Shown here piece by piece: positions 29,856-41,200 of a stretch of 64,000 bases of DNA; position 1 is the stretch's first letter; each line of letters starts with the position of its first letter. Below the pieces are notes generated by a model that ran no database searches, was not told where the DNA came from, and saw nothing but the letters and a program-made list of their open reading frames with translations. Source of the stretch: Macrostomum lignano (taxonomy: Eukaryota); NCBI GenBank assembly GCA_002269645.1, contig NIVC01001277.1, forward strand, positions 182,970 through 246,969. Direction: 5' to 3'. The translations under genes were made by a program, and so were the position numbers.

Positions 29856-30730
29856 CCCGTGTCAGTCATCAACCTGCTGTTGGCTACTATATTAAACTGA
29901 CAATGAAAAGGTGTGCGGTGGGGCTCCTGTCACGGGCGCGCCCTCCAACTGTCTGTGCAAACATGCAGCACATTGCAGATCTCTAAGCCAGTGGCGGCAT
30001 GCAAACAGAGTTCTTGGGTATTCGGGCTCCTCCATATGCGAGCCGTACGAGCGGCGAGTGATGAGCAGTGAGTGAGGCGAAGACGGTGATGGTGTCCCTA
30101 TGATATTCCGAGAAATTCACAGTATCACGTGGTTAGCAACCACTCCAGTTAGCATGATAGCTGGAGGTGTGCAGGAAACAATGAAAATTACGAGTAAATT
30201 AATTGAGACTTGAGTCTTGCAGACAGAATCGAAACATCGGAGGGTGGCTGATCAGACAATGCTGAGAAAATCGCTGTGAAAGTTTCTCAAAACTTGCCCA
30301 GATTGATTGATTGTGTGTCCAAGGTGGCCGCTGTCCCACAGACTCTCCACACCGCTTTGATGAAGCTTCATCATAAATTATGGGGATATTTTTAGCTCCC
30401 ACCAACAAGCCGCGGCAAATTTCGATGGTGGGAATATCGACAGCTCCTCGTCAAACAAAATCCCAGCCGGTAGGAAAATCTGTTGACATTGTTTCAGAAA
30501 CTTTGTTGCAGGCTCACGGTGCCCCCCGATTCACACCTCCCCGCCATCACTGCGTGCTCACCAGTGGGAGAGCCGTATTGACACTGCGTTCAAGTTTAAT
30601 CAAATGAAAACAATAGGCCAATTCCACTCGCTAATTCTGTCTGTTCCACTCGCTAGTTCTCTCACGGGTTTGCCTCACAATGTTTGGCTCACAATGCCAC
30701 CCAAACTGCTTTGGTTATCGCACACCTGAA

Positions 30731-30903
30731 CCATCCTGTCCTTTCCGTTCCTGTCCTCAGCCCCATCCTGTCCTTTCCGTTCCTGTCCTCAGCCCCATCC
30801 TGTCCTTTCCGTTCCTGTCCTCAGCCCCATCCTGTCCTTTCCGTTCCTGTCCTCAGCCCCATCCTGTCCTTTCCATTCCTGTCCTCAGCCCCATCCTGTC
30901 TTT
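30731..30903 (+). repeat. 32-bp minisatellite CATCCTGTCCTTTCCGTTCCTGTCCTCAGCCC, about 5 copies
   Basis: Seen directly. Confidence 0.95.
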
Positions 30904-31395
30904 TCCGCCCTACCCTCTTCTGTAGGACAGCTGGACTCTGTAGTTCACCGAGCGGCATCACGCATCACTGCGAGACTCAGTGAACAGCCGTGGGCCTCGC
31001 TATCCCAGATCATTGCAAACCTGTTCTCTAACCTGAACTTGTTAGAATCGCAATACGAAGTTTAAAAAAAATACAACCGCAGATCCTCACCTTGTCGCAC
31101 TTGCGCACTTGGCTAAGTCAAGGTAGTGCAGTGTCTGCCTGCATGCATTTGGCTGCGCAGATGTTCGACATTTTCACAGAGATTTGGACATCTTCGGGCT
31201 GAAAGAAACTCGGCGGTAGTTGACCGACGAGATGCCCGTCGCCAAGCAGCGGAGCAAATTTTCTATAGATTTAATGTGACTCAGACTACTTCTGTACTAG
31301 ATCGCCTACTACCAGTAGGCGTTAAGTGTTTTTTCTTTAAGATTTTAGTTTTCATAAAATACAAAACTACAAAATATTTTAGAAGCTGCAAATCA

Positions 31396-31544
31396 TCGTG
31401 AGCGTGTGTCTGAGTGCAGTATTGGCGCGCTTGCATGTGCTCACCGTGAGCGTGTGTCTGAGTGCAGTATTGGCAAGCGCTTGCATGTGCTCACCGTGAG
31501 CGTGTGTCTGAGTGCAGTATTGGCGCGCTTGCATGTGCTCACCG
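31396..31544 (+). repeat. About 49-bp tandem triplication CGTGAGCGTGTGTCTGAGTGCAGTATTGGCGCGCTTGCATGTGCTCAC
   Basis: Three copies. Confidence 0.92.
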
Positions 31545-31639
31545 AACTGCCTCGGCGCTGATTGTGGGACAGGTGTCGCCGAAGGGGTTGCACCAGGGTG
31601 CACGCAACCGTCTTGTAATTGTTATTATTATTACCTCAG

Positions 31640-33062
31640 TTTAGTTGTGTCTCGGTTTCAGTTGTGTCTCAGTTTGTTGTGTGTCTGTTTCAGTTGTGTC
31701 TCAGTTTGTTGTGTGTCTGTTTCAGTTGTGCCTCAGTTGTCAGTTGTGTCTCAGTTGTCAGTTGTGTGTCTGTTTCAGTTGTGTCTCAGTTGTCAGTTGT
31801 GTCTCAGCTGTCAGTTGTGTCTCAGTTGTCAGTTGTGTCAGTTGTCAGATGTGTCTCAGTTGTCAGTTGTGTCTCAGTTGTCAGTTGTGTCTCAGTTGTC
31901 AGTTGTGTCAGTTGTCAGATGTGTCTCAGTTGTCAGATGTGTCTCAGTTGTCAGTTGTGTCTCAGTTGTCAGTTGTGTCTCAGTTGTCAGTTGTGTCTCA
32001 GCTGTCAGTTGTGTTTCAGTTGTCAGTTGTGTCTCAGCTGTCAGTTGTGTCTCAGTTGTCAGTTGTGTCAGTTGTCAGTTGTGTGTCAGTTGTCAGCTGT
32101 GTCTCAGTTGTCAGTTGTGTCAGTTGTCAGATGTGTCTCAGTTGTCAGTTGTGTCTCAGTTGTCAGATGTGTCTCAGCTGTCAGTTGTGTCAGTTGTCAG
32201 ATGTGTCTCAGTTGTCAGATGTGTCTCAGTTGTCATTTGTGTCTCAGTTGTCAGTTGTGTCTCAGCTGTCAGTTGTGTTTCAGTTGTCAGTTGTGTCTCA
32301 GCTGTCAGTTGTGTCTCAGTTGTCAGTTGTGTCAGTTGTCAGTTGTGTCTCAGCTGTCAGCTGTGTCTCAGTTGTCAGTTGTGTCTCAGCTGTCAGTTGT
32401 GTCTCAGCTGTCAGTTGTGTCTCAGCTGTCAGTTGTGTCTCAGCTGTCAGTTGTGTCTCAGTTGTCAGTTGTGTTTCAGTTGTCAGTTGTGTCTCAGCTG
32501 TCAGTTGTGTCTCAGTTGTCAGTTGTGTTTCAGTTGTCAGTTGTGTCTCAGCTGTCAGTTGTGTTTCAGTTGTCAGTTGTGTCTCAGCTGTCAGTTGTGT
32601 CTCAGTTGTCAGTTGTGTCAGTTGTCAGATGTGTCTCAGTTGTCAGTTGTGTCTCAGTTGTCAGTTGTGTTTCAGTTGTCAGTTGTGTCTCAGCTGTCAG
32701 TTGTGTCTCAGTTGTCAGTTGTGTTTCAGTTGTCAGTTGTGTCTCAGCTGTCAGTTGTGTTTCAGTTGTCAGTTGTGTCTCAGCTGTCAGTTGTGTCTCA
32801 GTTGTCAGTTGTGTCTCAGTTGTCAGTTGTGTCAGTTGTCAGTTGTGTCAGCTGTCAGTTGTGTCTCAGCTGTCAGTTGTGTTTCAGTTGTCAGCTGTGT
32901 CTCAGTTGTCAGCTGTGTCTCAGTTGTCAGTTGTGTCTCAGTTGTCAGTTGTGTCAGTTGTCAGTTGTGTCAGCTGTCAGTTGTGTCTCAGCTGTCAGCT
33001 GTGTCTCAGTTGTCAGTTGTGTCTCAGTTGTCAGTTGTGTGTCAGTTTTCAGTTGTGTCAGT
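31640..33062 (+). repeat. 18/11-bp compound minisatellite GTTGTCAGTTGTGTCTCA
   Basis: Built from CAGTTGT subunits; seen directly. Confidence 0.97.
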
Positions 33063-34065
33063 TTCCAAATTAACCAATAAAGATAGCTTTGAATAGAAGA
33101 AGGAACATTGGATTCGAATGAAAAAATGTCTGAATAAGTTGATAGGAATTATTAGAATATCATGATTGAAACACGGGACAGACGCATGCAGGTCGGGCAT
33201 GCCTTCAACAGCAGAATTATATTTTAGTTATCAGCCAACAAAAAAATTTATACGCCAGGACAACAGACAACAAACAAGATCTGAGTGCTTCATATAAATT
33301 TAATAAGAATTGAGGAATCATGAAAATTAGATTGACAACAAAGATTAGGAAAAGAAATGAAAATAAGGACACAAAGAACTTCAGACAGACTGCGGAGAGC
33401 AACTTGCGGGAACCAGCGATGGCAATAATTAAGTTAGTTTTGCATTAACACTGCCGCACAGACATTGGATTTAAATTAATAAAATATTATAAATTGCTTG
33501 GTTACAACTTCAAGTCTTAGTCCGACCAGTGAAAGTACAAAGGCGATACGTAGAAATGTATCTAATCTATATACATATGTATATACGGCCTGGCACTACA
33601 GTACAGAAAAAACACAAGTAAGAAATTTACCTACAAAATTGTAAATACAACTAGTCTATAATAGGCAAAATGCATTATATCTGCTAATAAAGACCTATCC
33701 CCTTCCTAGGGCACAAATTAAAAAATACAGTGTCTGAGTTACATATACAGTCCTACTGTAAGTAGTATACTATGATAGATGTATGTACATCTGCGCTAAT
33801 CTGGTTGTACATTTGTAACAAAAAACGATTAAAAGTTTGAATCAGGAAGTACATTAAACGGGCCCCGGGAGGTAATACTTTCTTATTTAAACTAATCCTT
33901 AAAAAAAACTACAACGAAAAATATATTTTTATGTCGGACAGGAATAATAGAGATTAAAATACAAATAGTCCTACTGAAACGAGTAGCATTGAGTCGGCTA
34001 AGGCGCAGCATTTTTGCAGTGACAGTCGAGGGGCCGCGGTCTGTGACTACAATTTGCAACTCTTC

Positions 34066-34300
34066 AAGTTGGCGCCACTATCCAGACCCCAGTTGTAGCG
34101 CCACTATCCAGACCCCAGTTGTGGCGCCACTATCCAGACCCAAGTTGTGGCGCCACTATCCAGATTGCAGTTGTGGCGCCACTATCCAGACCCAAGTTGT
34201 GGCGCCACTATCCAGACCCAAGTTGTGGCGCCACTATCCAAACCTCAGTTGTGGCGCCACTATCCAGACCGCAGTTGTGGCGCCACTATCCAGACCCCAG
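34066..34300 (+). repeat. 26-bp minisatellite GTTGTGGCGCCACTATCCAGACCCCA, about 9 copies
   Basis: Seen directly; most units carry the palindrome GTGGCGCCAC. Confidence 0.95.
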
Positions 34301-34739
34301 CTTAGCTCCTGGACTGTCACAAGCACACAAACGATAGGAAATACACAAACATGCGTATATCAATAATAATCATATGCTAATACTTACGGACACTGGGATT
34401 GATGCAATAATAATAAATAATCCTATTGAATTTAAAATACGCTGCAAAGTTGGATAACAAGGCTCTGAAGTACGAGGCATGTATTTAAAGCTCGGGAAGT
34501 ATTGTATTGCTAGCGGCCACAAGCCTATCTTAGATGCGTTCCTAAAATGAACAAGTGAATAAAATAAAAATGAAAAGCACACTAAAATGCGCGAACACGA
34601 TAGTTAAAACCGAGGAACTAGCGGGATGAGAGGGAAAAGCCAAATCAATTAGCGGTTAGGTTTACAAAAATACTATTCTAGTGCGCGGCTCCACTTGCCG
34701 GCTTGTGCCTAGGGAGAGCGAGAGGGAGAGGGAAGAGCA

Positions 34740-35590
34740 GGGGGAGGGGGAAAGGGAAGGGGATGGGTGAGGGAGGGGAGAGTAAGGGGGAAAGGAGAGG
34801 AAGGTGGAGAGGGGAGAGGTGAGAGGGAGAGGGAGAGGGGAGTGAGGGAGGGGAGAGGATGGTGAGGGGAGAGAAGGATGGTGAGGGGAGATATGGATGG
34901 TGAGGGGAGAGAAGGATGGGGAGGAGAGAGAAGGATGGGGAGGGGAGAGAAGGATGGTGAGGGGAGAGAAGGATGGTGAGGGGAGATATGGATGGTGAGG
35001 GGAGAGAAGGATGGGGAGGAGAGAGAAGGATGGGGAGGGGAGAGAAGGATGGTGAGGAGAGAGAAGGATGGGGAGGAGAGAGAAGGATGGGGAGGGGAGA
35101 GAAGGATGGTGAGGGGAGAGAATGATGGTGAGGGGAGAGATGGATGGGGAGGGAAGAGAAGGATGGGGAGGGGAGGGAAGGATGGTGAGGGGAGAGGATG
35201 GTGAGGGGAAAGATGGATGGTGAGGGGAAAGATGGATGGTGAGGGGAAAGATGGATGGTGAGGGGAAAGATGGATGGGGAGGGGAGAGGATGGTGAGGGG
35301 AGAGAAGGATGGGGAGGAGAGAGAAGGATGGGGAGGGGAGAGAAGGATGGGGAGGAGAGAGAAGGATGGTGAGGGGAGAGGATGGTGAGGGGAAAGATGG
35401 ATGGTGAGGGGAGAGAAGGATGGGGAGGGGAGAGAAGGATGGTGAGGGGAGATATGGATGGTGAGGGGAGAGAAGAATGGGGAGGAGAGAGAAGGATGGG
35501 GAGGGGAGAGAAGGATGGTGAGGAGAGAGAAGGATGGGGAGGAGAGAGAAGGATGGGGAGGGGAGAGGATGGAGAGGGGAGAAGGTATGA
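34740..35590 (+). repeat. Purine-rich 19-bp minisatellite GAGAGAAGGATGG(T/G)GAGG(G/A)
   Basis: Seen directly; followed by (CA)n at about 35640-35674. Confidence 0.95.
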
Positions 35591-36491
35591 GAGGTAGCTG
35601 AGGGCAGCTACAGCGGTGAGTCAGTGGCAGTGAAGCTGCACACACATACACACATACACACACACACACACACACGGTGGCAAACATGTACGGGGCAGGC
35701 AATGAGAACATTTGGATGGACAGACTGAGCAGTGATTGGCCTACAATAGCTTAGAATGTGAACAGTACAAGCGGTACACTGGGCAGAAAAAGTCTCTGTG
35801 TAAAAAACATAAATTAAGCTAGCATACAGAAAATACCATTATTAACATATCGTATTCAATACACATACATGTACGCTAAAATCAAATACAAAAAGAGACT
35901 GGCAAACTGATACGGATTACAAAGATAAAAAGTTGAATACATCCTATTCTATAGTACTGTACAGTAGTAGGCCATATAGTATGTAAAAAAGAATATTTAG
36001 AAAGCACTGAGAATTGAAGCGATCCCTACATAAGGAGAAAATAAAATGGCAGTACATACTCTTACTAACATAAGTGTGTAGAAATGCCCTAGAGATATGG
36101 TGCAGACACGAAATAGGGTTAGTAGCAGCCGCCCACGCAAGGGGAAACAGATTTCGAATTCTCCCAAGAGACAGGACATCCGAAATGGGAGCAAAAGAGA
36201 TAATGAGGGGACAACACGCGCACAGTAGTAATGATAAGTAGTATTTAGCGGGCAGATAACAGGCAGAATGCATGCGATTTTACACAGAACAAAGGACATT
36301 AGAGATATTAATATTCATCTGGATTAATACGGGGTGCGAAAATCAAAATTAACAACAGTTCAACGCCTGGTAAAAACACTGAGGGACATGCACGGAGTAC
36401 TGATCCACAGTCAGTCAGCTAAAGATGCTTGCAGCAATTCATTGCGGTGTCTTGCAGTGCACGGCTGTCCTGTGCAAAATGCGAGGTTTGA

Positions 36492-38121
36492 TGCAATCCA
36501 TTCTATTACTTTAATATGATGTTGGCTAGATTAGCAATCCATTCTATTACTTTAATATGATGTTGGCTAGATTAGCAATCCATTCTATTACTTTAATATG
36601 ATGTTGGCTAGATTAGCAATCCATTCTATTCCTTCAAGATGATGTTGGCTAGATTAGCAATCCATTCTATTCCTTTAATATAATGTTGGCCAGATTAGCA
36701 ATCCATTCTATTCCTTTAATATGACGTTGGCTAGATTAGCAATCCATTCTATTCCTTTAATATGATGTTGGCTAGATTAGCAATCCATTCTATTCCTTCA
36801 ATTAATGATGTTGGCTAGATTAGCAATCCATTCTATTCCTTTAATATGATGTTGGCTAGATTAGCAATCCATTCTATTCCTTTAAGATGATGTTGGCTAG
36901 ATTAGCAATCCATTCTATTCCTTTAATATGATGTTGGCTAGATTAGCAATCCATTCTATTCCTTTAATATGATGTTGGCTAGATTAGCAATCCATTCTAT
37001 TCCTTTAATATGATGTTGGCTAGATTAGCAATCCATTCTATTCCTTTAATATGATGTTGGCTAGATTAGCAATCCATTCTATTCCTTCAATTAATGATGT
37101 TGGCTAGATTAGCAATCCATTCTATTCCTTTAATATGATGTTGGCTAGATTAGCAATCCATTCTATTCCTTTAAGATGATGTTGGCTAGATTAGCAATCC
37201 ATTCTATTCCTTTAATATGATGTTGGCTAGATTAGCAATCCATTCTATTCCTTTAATATGATGTTGGCTAGATTAGCAATCCATTCTATTCCTTTAATAT
37301 GATGTTGGCTAGATTAGCAATCCATTCTATTCCTTTAATATGATGTTGGCTAGATTAGCAATCCATTCTATTCCTTTAATATGATGTTGGCTAGATTAGC
37401 AATCCATTCTATTCCTTTAATATGATGTTGGCTAGATTAGCAATCCATTCTATTCCTTTAATATGATGTTGGCTGGATTAGCAATCCATTCTATTCCTTC
37501 AACTATGATGTTGGCTAGATTAGCAATCCATTCTATTCCTTTAAGATGATGTTGGCTAGATTAGCAATCCATTCTATTCCTTTAAGATGATGTTGGCTAG
37601 ATTAGCAATCCATTCCATTCCTTTAAGATGATGTTGGCTAGATTAGCAATCCATTCTATTCCTTTAATATGACGTTGGCTAGATTAGCAATCCATTCTAT
37701 TCCTTCAATTAATGATGTTGGCTAGATTAGCAATCCATTCTATTCCTTTAATTATGATGTTGGCTAGATTAGCAATCCATTCCATTCCTTTAAGATGATG
37801 TTGGCTAGATTAGCAATCCATTCTATTCCTTTAATATGATGTTGGCTAGATTAGCAATCCATTCTATTCCTTCAATTAATGATGTTGGCTAGATTAGCAA
37901 TCCATTCTATTCCTTTAACTATGATGTTGGCTAGATTAGCAATCCATTCTATTCCTTCAACTATGATGTTGGCTAGATTAGCAATCCATTCTATTCCTTC
38001 AACAGTGATGTTGGCTAGATTAGCAATCCATTCTATTCCTTCAACAGTGATGCTGGCTAGATTAGCAATCCATTCTATTCCTTCAACTATGATGCTGGCT
38101 AGATTAGCAATCCATTCTATT
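36492..38121 (+). repeat. 41-43 bp minisatellite GATGTTGGCTAGATTAGCAATCCATTCTATTCCTTTAATAT, about 39 copies, inside the probable 3'UTR intron of transportin-1
   Basis: Seen directly. Confidence 0.97.
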
Positions 38122-38137
38122 CTCACTCACCATGAGT

Positions 38138-38245
38138 TCACAGTCCATACTGAGCGTGAAGTCGCTCTTTAAGCAGCGGGGGACACTGGGCCCAGAACTT
38201 GGCCCAGTTCTCCGGTCCGACATTCTCCTTGACGGCAAATATTAT
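38138..38245 (-). CDS. TNPO1: Transportin-1 exon 10 (stop)
   Basis: CCTCCAG|[38 protein letters not shown]. Confidence 0.9.
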   Translation of the reverse strand: MIFAVKENVGPENWAKFWAQCPPLLKERLHAQYGL

Positions 38246-41200
38246 CTGGAGGGAAATTCACGATTTGCGGGATCCTCAATGGGGATTGGAATGAGGATTC
38301 TCAATGGGGATTCTCGATGGGGATTTGAATGAGGATTCTCAATGGGGATCTGAATGAGGATTCTCAATGGGGATTTGAATGAGGATTCTCAATGGGGATT
38401 TGAATGAGGATTCTCAATGGGGATTTGAATGAGGATTCTCAATGGGGATTGGAATGAGGATTCTCAATGGGGATCTGAATGAGGATTCTCAATGGGGATC
38501 TGAATGAGGATTCTCAATGGGGATCTGAATGAGGATTCTCAATGGGGATATAAATGAGGATTCTCAATGGGGATTTGAATGAGGATTCTCAATGGGGATC
38601 TGAATGAGGATTCTCAATGGGGATTTGAATGAGGATTCTCAATGGGGATTCTCGATGGGGATTTGAATGAGGATTCTCAATGGGGATTTGAATGAGGATT
38701 CTCAATGGGGATTTGAATGAGGATTCTCAATGGGGATATAAATGAGGATTCTCAATGGGGATTTGAATGAGGATTCTCAATGGGGATTTGAATGAGGATT
38801 CTCAATGGGGATCTGAATGAGGATTCTCAATGGGGATATAAATGAGGATTCTCAATGGGGATTTGAATGAGGATTCTCAATGGGGATCTGAATGAGGATT
38901 CTCAATGGGGATTCTCGATGGGGATTTGAATGAGGATTCTCAATGGGGATTTGAATGAGGATTCTCAATGGGGATTTGAATGAGGATTCTCAATGGGGAT
39001 TTGAATGAGGATTCTCAATGGGGATTGGAATGAGGATTCTCAATGGGGATTCTCGATGGGGATTTGAATGAGGATTCTCAATGGGGATTCTCAATGGGGA
39101 TTTGAATGAGGATTCTCAATGGGGATTCTCGATGGGGATTGGAATGAGGATTCTCAATGGGGATTCTCAATGGGGATTTGAATGAGGATTCTCAATGGGG
39201 ATTTGAATGAGGATTCTCAATGGGGATTTGAATGAGGATTCTCAATGGGGATTCTCAATGGCGATTTGAATGAGGATTCTCAATGGGGATTTGAATGAGG
39301 ATTCTCAATGGGGTTTTGAATGAGGATTCTCAATGGGGATTCTCAATGGCGATTTGAATGAGGATTCTCAATGGGGATTCTCAATGGCGATTTGAATGAG
39401 GATTCTCAATGGGGATCTGAATGAGGATTCTCAATGGGGATTCTCAATGGCGATTTGAATGAGGATTCTCAATGGGGATTCTCAATGGCGATTTGAATGA
39501 GGATTCTCAATGGGGATCTGAATGAGGATTCTCAATGGGGATTCTCAATGGCGATTTGAATGAGGATTCTCAATGGGGATTTGAATGAGGATTCTCAATG
39601 GGGATTCTCAATGGCGATTTGAATGAGGATTCTCAATGGGGATCTGAATGAGGATTCTCAATGGGGATTTGAATGAGGATTCTCAATGGGGTTTTGAATG
39701 AGGATTCTCAATGGGGATTTGAATGAGGATTCTCAATGGGGATTTGAATGAGGATTCTCAATGGGGATTTGAATGAGGATTCTCAATGGGGATTTGAATG
39801 AGGATTCTCAATGGGGATTTGAATGAGGATTCTCAATGGGGATCTGAATGAGGATTCTCAATGGGGATCTGAATGAGGATTCTCAATGGGGATCTGAATG
39901 AGGATTCTCAATGAGGATTTGAATGAGGATCCTCAATAGGGATTTGAATGAGGATTCTCAATGGGGATTTGAATGAGGATTCTCAATGGACATTACTAAT
40001 CTGTTTACCTTGTGAAACATCTCCTTAAGATCGGGCTGGGGCTCGCTCCAAGAGGCCACCGAGTCGCAGAAGTAGATGAATTCATTGACCACCACATCCG
40101 GCTTGATGTTAATCAGATTGCAGATGCCACGGAATGCGCTGTCCTTCTCCTCGTTATCGCGAATATTGCGCAACGAGAGGCACCTGTTAATGGCGTTTGG
40201 TTAACAGAATAGAAGGCTAGACTGCGATATGAAAATCATATACAGAGTCTTGGATTTTCTCGCAGAATGATTTATAAACTACTGTTAATTATTTGCGTAT
40301 GCTAAGATGAAGTGAAGACGAACATATACTGGACAGCAGGCAAAATAATAATATTAGTAGTAGTAATAATAATAATATTATTAATCATAATAATAATAAT
40401 TTAATGAGACTAGATATATCTATGGATCGATTCTTTCATCAGTGATATTGGCTAGATTAGCAATCCATTCTATTCCTTCATCAGTGATGTTGGCTAGATT
40501 AGCAATCCATTCTATTCCTTCATCAGTGATGTTGGCTAGATTAGCAATCCATTCTATTCCTTCATCAGTGATGCTGGCTAGATTAGCAATCCATTCTATT
40601 CCTTCATCAGTAATGTTGGCTAGACTAGCAATCCATTCTATTCGTTCATCAGTAATGTTGGCTAGACTAGCAATCCATTCTATTCGTTCATCAGTGATGT
40701 GGGCTAGATTAGCAATCCATTATATTCCTTCATCAGTGATGTTGGCTAGATTAGCAATCCATTCTATTCCTTCATCAGTGATTTTGGCTAGATTAGCAAT
40801 CCATTCTATTCCTTCATCAGTGATGTTGGCTAGATTAGCAATCCATTCTATTCCTTCATCAGTGATGCTGGCTAGACTAGCAATCCATTCTATTCGTTCA
40901 TCAGTGATGTGGGCTAGATTAGCAATCCATTCTATTCCTTCATCAGTGATGTGGGCTAGATTAGCAATCCATTCTATTCCTTCATCAGTGATGTTGGCCA
41001 GATTAGCAATCCATTCTATTCCTTCATCAGTGATGTTGGCTAGACTAGCAATTTATTCTATTCCTTCATCAGTGATGCTGGCTAGATTAGCAATCCATTC
41101 TATTCCTTCATCAGTGATGTTGGCTAGATTAGCAATCCATTCTATTCCTTCATCAGTGATTTTGGCTAGATTAGCAATCCATTCTATTCCTTCATCAGTG

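Noticed and set aside
30055-30180. C-box GTGATGA and a small hairpin as a possible snoRNA
   Set aside because: No D box (CTGA) at a suitable distance and no terminal stem.
31512-33096. Three overlapping about 500-aa Cys/Val/Ser-rich ORFs
   Set aside because: All three frames are open only because the 18/11-bp repeat lacks stops.
36492-38121. CRISPR-like look (constant 33-35 bp plus variable 6-8 nt)
   Set aside because: The variable parts are short, recurrent point variants rather than unique spacers; the context is a eukaryotic intron with no cas genes.
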